A DNA stretch of 63,356 nucleotides, filler included, from Welwitschia mirabilis (Eukaryota), in assembly GCA_051453625.1 (NCBI GenBank). It is 5 parts of one record of this genome, joined end to end, with 100 filler letters (N's around TTAATTAATTAA, not from the genome) between each part and the next. Parts side by side here need not be neighbours in the genome. Positions count along the whole stretch, not along the records: positions 24,114 to 34,282 come from JBOZIK010000001.1; positions 34,383 to 58,439 come from JBOZIK010000001.1; 3 more parts are not named here. One strand, given 5' to 3'. The position numbers and the translations under genes are program-made. The notes below the pieces were generated by a model, which had not been told where the DNA came from, did not search any database, and saw only the letters and a program-made list of their open reading frames with translations. Of this stretch, positions 27,182 through 40,225 are shown one piece after another (the first letter of the stretch is position 1; every line of letters starts with the position of its first letter).

Positions 27182-27619
27182 GATGCAAGTGTTCTTCCAT
27201 GGAAACACGGGCATGCTAAGACGAACAATGAGACCATTCTGGTGGCTATTGATAAATCCAGAACTAATGTCCATCCCAACTTTATTTCTTTTGTTAATTC
27301 TACTGGTAAGGATTTTTTTGGGTCTTAAAAAGAGGATTGGAGATTGCCTAGGGTTTTGAAATTATTTTGGGGATGGCAGTTTTGGTTATGAGGCCTCCAA
27401 AACCAGAGGAAGATGGTCCAGAATCAATTAAATGGGACTGACTGACTGATTGACTTATTCTTCTTTTGTCTGTAATTGCATTCTCAACCTATCTTGATGA
27501 TATGATTTTCGTTTTTCTTTTTACTGTTTAATAGTATATCCTCAGCTACTGTCTGTGAATGCCTCTCATGGAAGAGATTTATTGATACACTTCCATCCTT
27601 TACATAATTATATGCTACC

Positions 27620-28100
27620 TCATCATCCAACTTATGCTTGCAAGGTTCCTTTGCTTAAAGATATTTATTAATAGCACTCTTGAATTTCTCAAGCAAAGAC
27701 TGTTGCATGTTTACATTTACTGGTGGAGAAGATCCACTTATTCTTGGTTGTTGCATAACTGAACAGGATATGTTGTCTCTTGTGTCAACTTTGCAATCTC
27801 TCTCTTAAAAAGTTCATGGAAGTTGTGTAAAGGATAAACATTTCTTAATGGCTCTGGACTTGTTCCTCAATTAAAACTTTTTGCATAAACAAAAGATCTA
27901 AATCTTAGAAAGAATTCAGAAACCGTGTGTGGAACTTTCTTGCTAATACCATGGAATGGATCAAGAGCAAGAATCCTTAAATCACATTTGCTTCGCTTCT
28001 GAGACAGTTCAAGATCAGTAAGACATTCTATATCCTACTTATATTCTTCCTTCAGCCACTCACTCTCCTTCACTAAAAGGACTTTATTTCCTTTATTCAC
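27620..28100 (-). pseudogene. Plant PWWP-domain protein (PDP1-like) gene fragment
   Basis: Minus-strand CDLRILALDPFHGISKKVPHTVSEFFLRFRSFVYAKS (~27870-27990) matches the recalled LxDLxALALDPFHG...FFLRFRSLVYQKS motif. Stops nearby; outer limits approximate. Confidence 0.75.
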
Positions 28101-29210
28101 AGGACTTATAGGTATTTTATGAATTTTGGTCTTCTTTATTTCATGATGCAAAGACTTTGTTGAAAGATAACTAGGAGAATCATTACAAACACTTATAGGA
28201 GATTTNNNNNNNNNNCAGGAATAGCATTACTACTATCTACATTATATTAAAATCACCATAGAAATATTGTAAGAACATAAAGAAATATGCCTCTCTTGTT
28301 ATTATCTTTCCTTAATATGTTCCACTAGCAAACTAAGCACCATCACTTGTCCATGCAAGTGGTCTTATAGGCTCAACAAGATAGCTTTTATGCAGAACTT
28401 AAGACTATAGTAGCAAATATTTTGTATATAAAATACATGGTTAGCATTAAATATTTGAAATATTGATACTTCCATATTGTCTTTTCCATAATAACATCAT
28501 TTGTAAGTTTAAAAATAACATTTATTAAAAATGTGTGTGCATTAGAACTAAAAGTAGAATACCATCAAATCTGACATAAATGCATAACTTTATTTCTCAT
28601 CTCTCATAGACTTTTCATATTTTCTACAAAGTTTATAAGAATATTAAAGGACCAAAAATAGAGAAGCAACTTTCTAGTTCTAGTTCCTTAAAAGATTTAG
28701 TGAGTTTAAATCAATTCAACGTTTCAAGTAGTTGATGCCCTTTCTTTTCCTAGTGCCTCCTCCCTATAGGGAAAGCCCTATCTAAAGGCTAGCCAATCCA
28801 TGATTTTTCTTCTTTGTTACTGCATGAATCCCTTAGCTTATTTGTCATTAACGCTTTCTTTTTTGTTTTGAATATGCCTCCTCTTGTTTGCCTTCCTTAT
28901 TTCTCACTAGAGCACTTCTCTTCGTGCACATCATCTACTCTTGCACGAAGCTACATCTTATTTCCATGTTTGATTTGATTTATCATCTTCTCACTAGAGG
29001 TCTCCACTCCACTAATTTGTAGAGGTAAACATAGAGATGCTAGGGAAAGGTACTATTCATGGCTATCTGAGACCAAGATTCATCAGCGATGCAATATGCA
29101 CTATCTGTTATGTATTAGCGCCTGTGTATCTTCTTCGAAGAGTGAATGTCATGCCTACATTCCCTTCTTTCTCTCTAAAGCAGAGCAAATGCTCACATTC
29201 CCTGTCTCCT

Positions 29211-29525
29211 TCTAAAGAAATACATAACAATTGTCATGTTTGAAGTTTATAAAGGGGTCATTAAGACACAAACTTCTCTGATATGAATAGCAAAGCTTAG
29301 AAAGTACAAAATCCAATAAATGAAGGTAGTAATAACCATCAAACCTGGATAAAGCATTTTGCCGATGAGCCAACTGAGGGAATACCAGTTCTCTGAATTG
29401 AACCAATTCTAGATTTTGTAGAAACCCTTCTTTATCAAATAAAGGGTCATTCCATAATCAAAATAGAGATCGAATTCATTGATCATGCTCTCATGACATA
29501 CGATTTTGAAAAGCCTTGTGATGAA
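29211..29525 (-). pseudogene. STT3B: Oligosaccharyltransferase STT3B N-terminal fragment
   Basis: FITRLFKIVCHESMINEFDLYFDYGMTLYLIKKGFYKI*NWFNSENWYSLSWLIGKMLYPGLMV...IHIREVCVLMTPL*TSNMTIVMYFF is colinear with plant STT3B ([25 protein letters not shown]...HIREVCVLTAPFFASNTT). Two stops. Confidence 0.92.
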
Positions 29526-30299
29526 ATGTGCAAAGTGCAAAGGTAAAATGTGCGAATTTTTTTTAGATTTAAGTTGCTTTTTTGGTATCTGTATTATTTA
29601 AGGCATTTATTGAAATAAACACCTTAAAAAGGCAAAATTTTTAACACATTTATTGAAATAAACACCTTAAAAACTCAAAATTTTTAAGGCATTTATTTAA
29701 ATAAGTGTCTTAAAAAGAAATTGGAGATGCCTTCATAGCATTTGTTTAGACAAACACCTTACATAACTGTCCCTTAGCTTTATTTAAGGTTTTTATTTAA
29801 ATAAATGCCTTAAATATAAGGCATTGATTTGGCATTCATTTGAATAAATGCCTTAAAAGCTAATATTTCTAGTACTAATTGTTAAAAGCACATTCATTTA
29901 AGATCTTTCATTTTGATAAAACATGACTAAAGAAGGTAAAATTTACCCTCATATGATGTTCCTTATGTTTAAAGCTTTTGATAGGGATAAGATTTTTCTT
30001 AATTAGGCTAATGAGTTAATGACGCCTATAATGTACATAAAAATAAATAGTAGAATAAGAACAAAAGAAAAATAATAGCTCTTCTACAAATGCACATCTT
30101 ATTAGTCACTCAATTAAATTTAGTTGACTACATTGAGGCTATGAACGCTTCCTAGCAATGTATCTCTAATGATATAATTATGACATAATCAATTGCATTA
30201 GGGCTATAAACACTTGCTAGTAATGCAACACTAATTTATTTAGAAAACAACATGCTTAACTCCATTGGAAGAAAATGTCATAACACTAAATTCTTAATG

Positions 30300-32394
30300 T
30301 GATTCAAAGGCTTAAAACAATAGAAATATATGTTAGTAAAAAGGAAAATAAAAAGAAAGAAACAAAGGTGGAAATTGGAGACCTTCTATGATCTATTATC
30401 TTTTAACTTTCATACTTAAAATTTGCTGCAGTTTCTTAAATTCTTATAACTTACTTGATTGAGACTACAAAATTACTAAAAGATAATGAGGACTGTTAAA
30501 TTGATAGATTTATTTATTTATGTATTTATTTTATGGTTAAGTCCTTTCACATATTTTCATTTTTCATTTCCATCACCCATTTCACTTCACCTCCATTTTC
30601 TTAAGAAATAATATCATATGGCATAAACCATTTTTATGGATTGACTTTTTACTTAGCATTTAGTAAGATAGTCATCTTGCATTAGTTAGTAGCTTAGTTA
30701 CACTGCTTTACATTATTTTCAATAAAAGGACTTGTCCAAATATTTCTAAAGCTTATGTTCTCAAAATTATTAAATGCTTTCTATCATAAAACTCTGAAGA
30801 CAAATTTCATTTTTGTTTAAGGAGGTATGGCATCTAGGTTTTAATTTTTTTAACTAAATTCTTTAATTTTGATGCCTTAATTTTAGAATTTGATTATAAT
30901 TTTTTTCAAATTTATATCGTTTTCACACTTGAGCATTTTGACTTAGATAATTTTTCCATGATCAAACATTTCATTATCAACCTTTTGCAAAGGGTCTAGC
31001 AAAAGTCTAGTTAAATAATATGTTAACATGTATAAATTGACATTCTAATTAAGTTAATTAATTAATTCCTCTTAATGAAAGACATTAATATAATTGATTT
31101 ATTATAAAAACATGTATTATATAATTTTTTTATATTAATCTTGAACTTATCATTTGTCCATGATATTATCAGGACACTTATCACACTTTGAAGGACAAGT
31201 TAAAATTTAACAACCATTCATGCTAAAACACTAATGTCATCATCTAGATCACTCTATGTCATTGGTTCTTTTGCACAAAACATTTTAAGACTCGCTTTCC
31301 TAACTTGTCATAAAAAATTCAGTCTAATGCAGTTATGGGCTTAATTGAATTCTACATTAGAAGCAACTAACATCTTTAATAAAAGGTGACCATGATGACG
31401 ATGATATGCATTAGTGACATAGGGACTTGCTAAGTAGGATGATGATGCAAGCACATGGTGTTGAAAATGATAGTATAAGTACTGGCATCTATAAGCCAAG
31501 TGTTGGCCTCATCATAATGCAGTCTACCTAATGAAAGATGAAAAACGCCCTACCTAATGCTACATGCTATAGTTTGTAACTACTCACCTAACACTACAAG
31601 ACAAAGGCTTGTAGCCATCTACCACATCCATCCTTGACTATAAAAGGGCTTTGAGTCCTCCATTGTAACATCCTTCATTTTGGAAAAGAATGGAATCCTT
31701 GAAGCATCAAGTCGATATGCTCTTCTAAGTCCTCTCTTTAGGGAGTAAGCTTGTTACAAGGGTGACCTGAAGAGTTTCTTCCAGCTTCCTTCTTCTTCTA
31801 GTTATGTAATGTATCTTTTCTAATTAATACAAAGTAAATGTCATTTTAATTTTGAGTTACGAATATCTTTGTATTTTTAATGCTTAATGAATCTACTCTA
31901 TCAAGTTATTTTATCAAACAAGTGAATTCATTAGTTAATTGATCTAATTCCTTTTTTGTTTGATGGATCTTAAGTATACTATGTCCTTACTTTCTATGTT
32001 CATTTTAAATCTATAAAGGACCAAGTAACTTGAGAATTCATTAATCCTCATATGATAAATGAGATTATATCACCATAACCTAAGTTGTTATTAATAGTTT
32101 AAGTATGTTTCAGGAAGGTATGAGACCTCATTCAAGTAAAGAATAGATGGTAGATGAATGAAGTAAATCCTTGGAACTTGTTTACTTCCTTGCTTCTTCA
32201 ATGAAAGTTTTAAAACATTTTTCAACTCTCTTCTATTTTTTCTTTTTTTTTAACTTATAGCTTAAGAAAGATTATGTAATTTCTAAAAGCAAGCCCCAAT
32301 TATCCCTATGGAAGAACGATATTGAGTTGTATTGTTTTAACTTAGTGTTAAATGTGGTTCATGTATTAAGATGAACATTGCACTTATGTCATCA
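30300..32394 (+). mobile_element. Probable solo LTR (Ty3/gypsy)
   Basis: TGAT...GTCATCA with TAATG on both sides; TATA-like tataaaaggg at ~31638. The left boundary is tentative. Confidence 0.45.
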
Positions 32395-32699
32395 TAATGA
32401 ACTATGTTTTTCAATACCCTTAATATTTCATAACTCCAAAGATATGCCTTCATGCAAATCTACAACACATTAATTATTAAAAGGTAAACTAGTAAGGTTT
32501 CATTTGCTATCATAATTGATGACTATATCAAATTATGGGCCTCACATTACATCGATGTTTTGAAAGGTAAGTGATCATTAAATGTTATCATAACCGCTAC
32601 TCTTTATTACATGATTCTCTATGTTATTTATCACTGAAGCATCCATCTATAACATCAAGCTATTTTATAACATATGCTAATGGATTTGGGTAGGTTAGG

Positions 32700-33931
32700 A
32701 TTTAGGGTGTAATAGTTGATCTTTTACATGTTTATTTTTGTCCATTTTTCCTTAGTCTTTTCATTTTTTTTCTCTCTCTTTAGTCATTTCAAAGTCATTT
32801 TTTTCACTCACTCTAATTCCTTATAAGTCCAACACCATTGTTGTTAATAACTTATCATTATTTTCACTCACTCCATATCATTAATCTTTGCTTACCTTCA
32901 ATATTATTTTCATCATTGGTTATCAATTTCACATTTTTCCCATTTTTCATCTCATCACTAATTTACACTTTGTTTCAGCTAGCCTCTTGTATTTTATGCA
33001 TCTTTAGATCCTTTTTGCTATTCTTACAATCATTTTGAGTCGTTCAAGCTAATCTAACTCCTTTCTCATGTGCCTCTTTTCATGTATTACTTTAATGGAT
33101 GTATTTCTTAATCATTCAAGCTACTTTCCTCCCCTGTTTTCATGTTAATTCAATATGAACTGATTTATTTGGTAAGGGATAAGAGTGTATTTTTTTCTTT
33201 GGGAATGAAATTTTGATAAAATTTTTACTTTACGAATTTAAAGGCACAATTTTGAGTTATTTACAAATGTTTGGCTTAATGATGTATGGCATGGTTTTTA
33301 GAATTTTACATGTTTTCTTTAGTAAGCTAGTTACATGTTTCCACCATCATAAGACTTATTAAGCCTTGTATCTTTGGATCGCTTACTTATGTACTCAAAT
33401 CATGATGTTTATGAGATATATGTACATGAAATTTTGAGGTTTTGTTAGTTGCATGATTTTTATTTACTTTAGCATTTCATTCTTTCATTATCACATTCTT
33501 AGCAAGTGTGTAGTAGGGACTAATGCAGAAAAAATTATCATCATTTGATCTTTTCATTTTTTTTAGTAGTTATTTCAAGAGAATCTATAAGTCTTTCATA
33601 AATAAACACAGTTGAGTCATTCTCTAAATATGTAAAAAGTTAATAGCTCTTCTAAAAATTAGCATTTGAGACCATTATCTGCTTAATTATCTAGGCGGTA
33701 ACACTTGGACAAACGTCATTCTAACTACATATTAACTATTGAATAGATTATTCTCTTGGTTTGAGTTATAAACCTTCATTATACATAGCTAAAATCTATT
33801 TTTTATGCTTGATTTATAATTTACTTTATTAATTTAACTTACTACTTGTTATTCATTTACTTTGTGAGGGACTAGAAAACATCAAGTGAGGGGCTATGTT
33901 GCTAGGTCAAATTGGTCATATTTAACATTGT
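32700..33931 (+). mobile_element. 3' internal region, PPT and start of an LTR of an Athila-like element
   Basis: PPT aagtgaggggcta (33884-33896) followed by TGTTG. Same architecture as 21010-21050. Confidence 0.55.
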
Positions 33932-34279
33932 TACTAGCTTAGATGTATAATACATATATATATCTAAAAGTGGGCCAAGATTTATCAAATTTTTTCGCCC
34001 TTTGGACGAGGCTACAAGCATTAAGGACAATATATTTGCTTAAATGTTGACCATTGACCAAAAGTCAATGCTTATCCTTGGCCAAAATTTTCCAAGGAAA
34101 TTTTGGCTGACAGTAGGAAAATTTTGGCCGAGAATATGCATTGACTTTTGGTCAATGGTCAACATTTAAAAAAATATATTTTCCTTAATGCTTATAGCTT
34201 CGTCTAAAAAGCGAAAAAATTTGATAAATCTCAGCCAACTTATATATATATATATATGTATTATATATCTAAGGTAGTG
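33932..34279. mobile_element. Fold-back MITE-like element (long inverted repeat)
   Basis: Arms ~33932-34092 and ~34116-34279 are reverse complements; termini TACTAGCTTAGA / TCTAAGGTAGTG. Confidence 0.8.
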
Positions 34280-34407
34280 TTCNNNNNNNNNNNNNNNNNN
34301 NNNNNNNNNNNNNNNNNNNNNNNNNNTTAATTAATTAANNNNNNNNNNNNNNNNNNNNNNNNNNNNNNNNNNNNNNNNNNNNTAGATGAGGTAGATAAGA
34401 TTCTATC

Positions 34408-34545
34408 CTTAGTGTTAGGTGGGGTGGTAAAGATTCCTCATCCTACAGCACTAGGTGGAATCTTTATCATGTAGTGTTTGGTGGAATGGTTCTCTTGTAG
34501 TGTTTGGTGGAATTTTTGTCATGTAAGGTTAGGTGGAAAATCATC
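34408..34545 (+). repeat. Short tandem array, ~26-bp unit (tgtagtgtttggtggaat...), about 5 decayed copies
   Basis: Repeated (t)agtgtt(t/a)ggtggaa cores. Confidence 0.7.
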
Positions 34546-37500
34546 ATAAGAGTTTCAACATATGGCCTTGAGTCTAGATGCTTCCAACTGACACTATCAT
34601 CATATGTGATGATGCCACCACAACATGCCAGTGTCATGAGTCATTGTCACTCCATTACCATGTCACTACTACATGTCTGCCACCTCATTGCCATGAGTTT
34701 CTAGTGTCATTGCCAAGTCTCACTAAAGATCACAACTAACTAAGATGTAGTAATTGATATGGCCTTCAACTATAATTCAAATTTAATTCCATGGTGAATT
34801 CAGCAAGTGAGTTTGGAGACACTTTCTTAGAAATGATCAGTGTTGTTATACAAGGACACCATTGCCACTGGTATATTCTATAGGATTGTCTTCATCTTTT
34901 TGCATCATGCTTCACTATCGTATTAAGTACCTAAATTTAGCATGGGAAAGTGCATAACTTCATAGTTGACATTAAAATTAATAAAAGGCATATATTTATG
35001 GTTAAAATGATTAATTTAATGTCTTCCCTAAGATAAATAGGTCTTGAATACTTGATCTAAATGTTAATTTTTACATGTTATTAGTAAGTAAAAGGAAGTT
35101 TGAACATGATAATGCTTTAGAAAAATTTAAATATCATAAGAAAAATAAAGAACATATCTTAGGAGATTTTATGGAAAATATAATTCGAACAACTAAGCCA
35201 TGAGAATAATATTAAGTTGAATTTTTGTGAAGGACAGAATTATAGCACTTACAAAAGCCTTAGAAATGAAAATAAATTCAAAAGATGATGTAGGCTAATG
35301 ATAAAACTATAGGATTTTAATAATAAAGTTAAAAACATTTTACACCTTAAAATTTACAATATTAAATCCTTGAAATATCCTTATTAAAAATCATTAATAA
35401 AATGCATCGTAGTAACCTCATAAGACGTTGTAAAAAAAGACACAAACATAGAACCAAAGTAGAAAAATGACTAACGGCCATAAGACCAAATAAAATAACC
35501 TAAGGTTTAAAAACTTAAGAAAGATCCTAGAATAAGGTATCCAAATACAAGACCGCACCAAGATGTAGGCATTACCACATACTAGCTAAACATCAAATGA
35601 AGGCCAAAAATAAGTTAGAACCTGAAGTAGGGAAGGAACACCATATGGGAAGAATCCATAAAAGCAAGAATAATGTGTGGATAATACACAAATGCTATAA
35701 ATCTACTAAAGACTACAAAACTATGCCGTGAAGCATACACTCGGATCACGTGTGGGTCTGCCCACACAACATGCCGACAAGCAAAGATCTCAAAGCAGGG
35801 ACCATACCATAGAAACATATGGTTCACATGGCTGAAAGACCATTTAAATACAGATCACATAGACTACGCCACATGTTAAATAAAAATATAATTAAATGAT
35901 ATTAAATCTCGATAAATTAAAACCTTCATGACTTCAGTCATTGGATACAAAAATCAAGGCACCAAAAATTGAATTTTAATAAGAGGATGACATGAGGAAT
36001 CAACTAAGGATCTAACAGATTTTATTTGATGTCTAGTCATCATGATGGCCAATCGAGTCCGTCATTCATTTAAACTGACAAAACGACTCATTTGCGGGTG
36101 GTGGAGGGAAGCGTTGATTGAACCTGCATTGGAAGCCTTCACCACCTTCAAGATCTTTTAAGTCNNNNNNNNNNNNNNNNNNNNNNNNNNNNNNNNNNNN
36201 NNNNNNNNNNNNNNNNNNNNNNNNNNNNNNNNNNNNNNNNNNNNNNNNNNNNNNNNNNNNNNNNNNNNNNNNNNNNNNNNNNNNNNNNNNNNNNNNNNNN
36301 NNNNNNNNNNNNNNNNNNNNNNNNNNNNNNNNNNNNNNNNNNNNNNNNNNNNNNNNNNNNNNNNNNNNNNNNNNNNNNNNNNNNNNNNNNNNNNNNNNNN
36401 NNNNNNNNNNNNNNNNNNNNNNNNNNNNNNNNNNNNNNNNNNNNNNNNNNNNNNNNNNNNNNNNNNNNNNNNNNNNNNNNNNNNNNNNNNNNNNNNNNNN
36501 NNNNNNNNNNNNNNNNNNNNNNNNNNNNNNNNNNNNNNNNNNNNNNNNNNNNNNNNNNNNNNNNNNNNNNNNNNNNNNNNNNNNNNNNNNNNNNNNNNNN
36601 NNNNNNNNNNNNNNNNNNNNNNNNNNNNTTCAAGATCTTTTAAGTCTAAGTCTACAAAGGGTCAAGGCTCCATAGAGTTTAAATCTTTGGATTTTTGCTT
36701 AGTGGATTCTGGAGCTCCTCTTTTTGGGATGGATGTTGGTTATAAGGAAAGAAGTGTTAAGCACCCATAGCAGTGTCCATCATATCTGTGAAAGAAATCT
36801 TGGGGGGCTTGGCTAGCCTGCATTCGTCTATGTGGTTTCTGTGGGTTCAATGCGGGTATCATGTTAACGTTGTGTTGATGTCTATGGGAATTGATGGAGA
36901 AAAACAAGTGATAATAGGACGGTGTCTCTCAACTGGCCTTTCCAATGGACCTTGTTAGGTTCTATTGGGACCCTAAAACTAGAAAATATTAAAGCCCATG
37001 TTTGTTGAGTTCTTGTGTTTCCTGAGTCTTGTTCTATTTTCTTTGGTTACAAATTTCAAAGTTTTGTTTATTATGCACCAATTATATTATTTGCATTGAT
37101 GCATTCTATGAAATCTCTCTTTTATTGTTATAAGTACCTTTCTAAAAAAAGTATGAATCTTGTTAGAAAATTTTGGTTCCTACTAAGACGCTTATATAGT
37201 TCTTAATACAACAATGCTGGGAAGAATCTTAATGTTTTGTAGAGTTTATATGTATAGATATATCTATATATATGGTTAAAGAATACCATAAATACCTCAA
37301 CTCAATGCTTTCACTATTGAAAGTAAAATTTCTTAAATGACCCTTTTAAATGAGAGTTAAATGATTTCTTGCGATGCTTAAGCTTCTAACCTAATTATGA
37401 GATTTGTTTTCATGTTTGAATTTGGTCATGTTTTCATCAAAATTCAAGATTGACTCAGCACCACACTCACACAAAGCTAGCCAAAACTTCTAAGAGTAAT

Positions 37501-37914
37501 AACTCTTTTTTATAAAACCTATTTTTGATTTTGTTTAAATTTATAGTTTGGGCCTTCTGAGAAATTCAAAATGAGTGCTTACATAATAGGCTTTGATTGA
37601 GATAAAGCAATCTATTTTTTTATTGATGTGTTTTAAACGAGGCCTAGGTTTGATCAATTTTGAACCTAAAATCTTCATGGAGATCTTTTTTCATTATTAT
37701 TATTTTTAATTTCTATGCATAAATCTTATCTAATAGATATCAATCAACTGTCTACTTACAAGATATGGATGTTAAACAAGGGAGAGATGGCCCTTGGAAG
37801 TCTACTACATAGCTTTAAAATGAAGTTCTTTCCAACTCTATAAATGCATTGAAAATTAATTTTTTAAAATGCACAAGATGTTTTCCTTTTTATTTCAAAT
37901 TTGGTATGGCAATT

Positions 37915-38006
37915 AAAAAAAAATACTATGGCCCCTGGCCCATTGATTAAATCATAAAAATGGAAATTCAAGGTCATATGGGCCATGGGCCATAGTATTT
38001 TTTTTT
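37915..38006. repeat. 28-bp inverted repeat / hairpin
   Basis: aaaaaaaaatactatggcccctggccca ... tgggccatgggccatagtattttttttt, one mismatch. Confidence 0.85.
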
Positions 38007-38319
38007 ATTAAATAGAACATATGTATCGTTTCCAAAAATTGTTTGAATGAAAGAAATCCATGACATCAAGTTCTAGTGTTAAAACTTTGAAAATTAACTT
38101 ATCTTTAGCATACTTAGTGGTAGACTAATAATGTCTAACTATTTTAACCACATAATAATCACAATAGGCAACTTCTATATTACCTAATGAATAAAACATC
38201 ATAGGTAACATTCATTATGTCCTTGGTTTATCTTATTATATTCCCAAATTCTTAGAAATGGCATGTCTTATGTTTGTGCTATATTATCTTAGTAAGATGA
38301 CCCAAAATGAGATACAAGA

Positions 38320-38728
38320 TTTTCCAATAGAAGATGTTATTCAGTAACTCTAAGAAGATGCCACCAATATAGATGCCCTACAAATGGCAATAAACTCCTT
38401 ACAATGGTGCATTCAAAAAAATGCAAGGAGACCAAGTTGGTGTAGTCATGAGACAGCATAAACTAGAATGTGAACAGTAAGGAATTTAGTAATAACTGTT
38501 TGAGGCAAGGAGGGATTTGTATAATCTTGTACCCTTTAGAAGACGTTCTACTAATGAACCACAATTCTCTCTATTTATAAGACCCAAAGTTGAAGAGAAA
38601 AATGTACAATAAAAAGCTAAAATAGCTTAACTGGAGGAGAAGCTTAAAAAATTTGGGACCTATGGGTTGTTTGCCTACAAAGCTTTGCATTATGTAGTTA
38701 AGCATGCTAAAAATGTTTTGGATTAAAT
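38320..38728 (+). repeat. ~400-bp direct repeat, copy 1 (copy 2 at 42782-43190)
   Basis: Colinear diverged copies; both give the same antisense ORF (MLNYIMQSFVGKQPI...). Copy 1 is cut by a gap. Confidence 0.9.
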
Positions 38729-39059
38729 NNNNNNNNNNNNNNNNNNNNNNNNNNNNNNNNNNNNNNNNNNNNNNNNNNNNNNNNNNNNNNNNNNNNNNNN
38801 NNNNNNNNNNNNNNNNNNNNNNNNNNNNATCCAAAGTACTTGCAAGGAGGAGAAAGCCAATCTATTACTAATTGGCTTTGCCAATCTATAACAGGGTTAG
38901 GCTTGTACATAACATACCTATAAAATTTGATCATAAGAAACACTTTTAAGGACTTTGTAATCATGTGAAAAGGCTAAAAATAGCATAAGAATGGACAGAT
39001 AAGGTGTTTTATAATTCAAAAATATGGAACCAAATAAATATGTATCAATTACCAAGATT

Positions 39060-40225
39060 TTCAATATGATAGTTTTCATGTTCTCATATCCCACCAACCA
39101 TTTTGTTTGGAAGAATGGATATGATCATGTAACACTCATAATAAGTAATTTTAAAACATGGCATAATTGACAAGAAAAATAACATTTTAACTCTCAAGTA
39201 GGTAGCACACTTGATTAAGAATAAGAGCAGAACATAACTTAATACAAGTAAGAAAAACAAGTCTTGGCCTTCAAAAATCTAAAACCTGATAATCCCATCC
39301 CCTGATCTACTTATGAGTATGTCCTTATTTAACTGCATCTTGTGAAGCTTTTACTGTTAGAAAAGAACCCTTTACTCCTCATAATATTATGAAACTAAAA
39401 TTTATAAATTGTATATAATAAAGTTGTCAAAATAAGAAAGGTATAAGAATTATCACTAATGATCTTTAGCCTACCTTAAGCATTATATCAACAGAATCTA
39501 GATGTCCAACAGAATGGTTACTGCTCATAATAATTGCCTTGTAGCCTGCTTACTAATATCTATCATAATAATTGGAAATTAGATTGCCATTCTAGTTATA
39601 AGGTCAATAGTCAAATTACAAGGCAAATATCTGGTCCAATGATGTTAATAATACCTTTCACAAAAGAAGTATTAATTAATTATGAAGGATTCATATTTTG
39701 TAAAGGTATTGGCTTCCTGCCCCATCTAGGGACTTCTAATGAATCGAAGACAATATGACAACCATCATAAATAGAAAGGGTATTTATTAGAAGACCCTTG
39801 GCTCCACCCTCATTAAATTAAGTAGACATTTGATGGTATAGTGGATCTATAGTGAAAGTAACTGCAGGATTGAGGAAGTTCTTATACCTTATGGTTAGTA
39901 AATTCTTTGTGAAATTAAGCCATGCATGTCAAGTTTTCCATCAAATATGTCATCTTAAACAATATAAAATATAAAGAATCCTTTTTAATATACCATCAAA
40001 TTTCTTCACATTAAGTGCATCAAGTGATGACTCTAGTGTAGCTTCTAAAGATAACATCTACAAAGATGGGAATCATTAAGAAAATATTTCCTCCAAATTA
40101 TGCATGAAACTATTTTGATCAAAACAAATATGACAAACCTTTTGATTTTGTTCCCTTCTGATCTCATACTCTTTATCTATTGTTATGTTTTCTCCATTTT
40201 CATTTTCTTCTGTCCATCGAAATTC
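39060..40225 (-). pseudogene. CAPH: Condensin I kleisin CAP-H (barren/Cnd2) gene fragment with introns
   Basis: Exons ~40225-40139 (...REQNQK|gt), 40057-39994 (MLSLEATLESSLDALNVKKFD|gt) and 39861-39655 (VTFTIDPLYHQMST*FNEGGAKGLLINTLSIYDGCHIVFDSLEVP). Decayed SKQNGW.G...K at ~39080-39115 (cf. KQNAWAGPDHWK). Confidence 0.88.

Larger units (their letters stand above)
24700..29877. mobile_element. Second Pack-CACTA-like mosaic (right end defined, left end unresolved)
   Basis: Subterminal repeat array 29595-29860 ending in TATTTCTAGTACTA (decayed reverse complement of CACTACTAGAAATA). Contains STT3B and PWWP-protein fragments. Confidence 0.6.

Noticed and set aside
34408-34545. Regularly spaced repeats resembling a CRISPR array
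   Set aside because: Decayed tandem units without unique spacers or cas genes, in plant retroelement DNA.
36148-36648. ttcaagatcttttaagtc repeated either side of a gap
   Set aside because: Most likely an unmerged contig overlap.
35650-37110. Weak inverted similarity between ~35650-35700 and ~37060-37110
   Set aside because: Too diverged and AT-rich to define TIRs or a TSD by eye.
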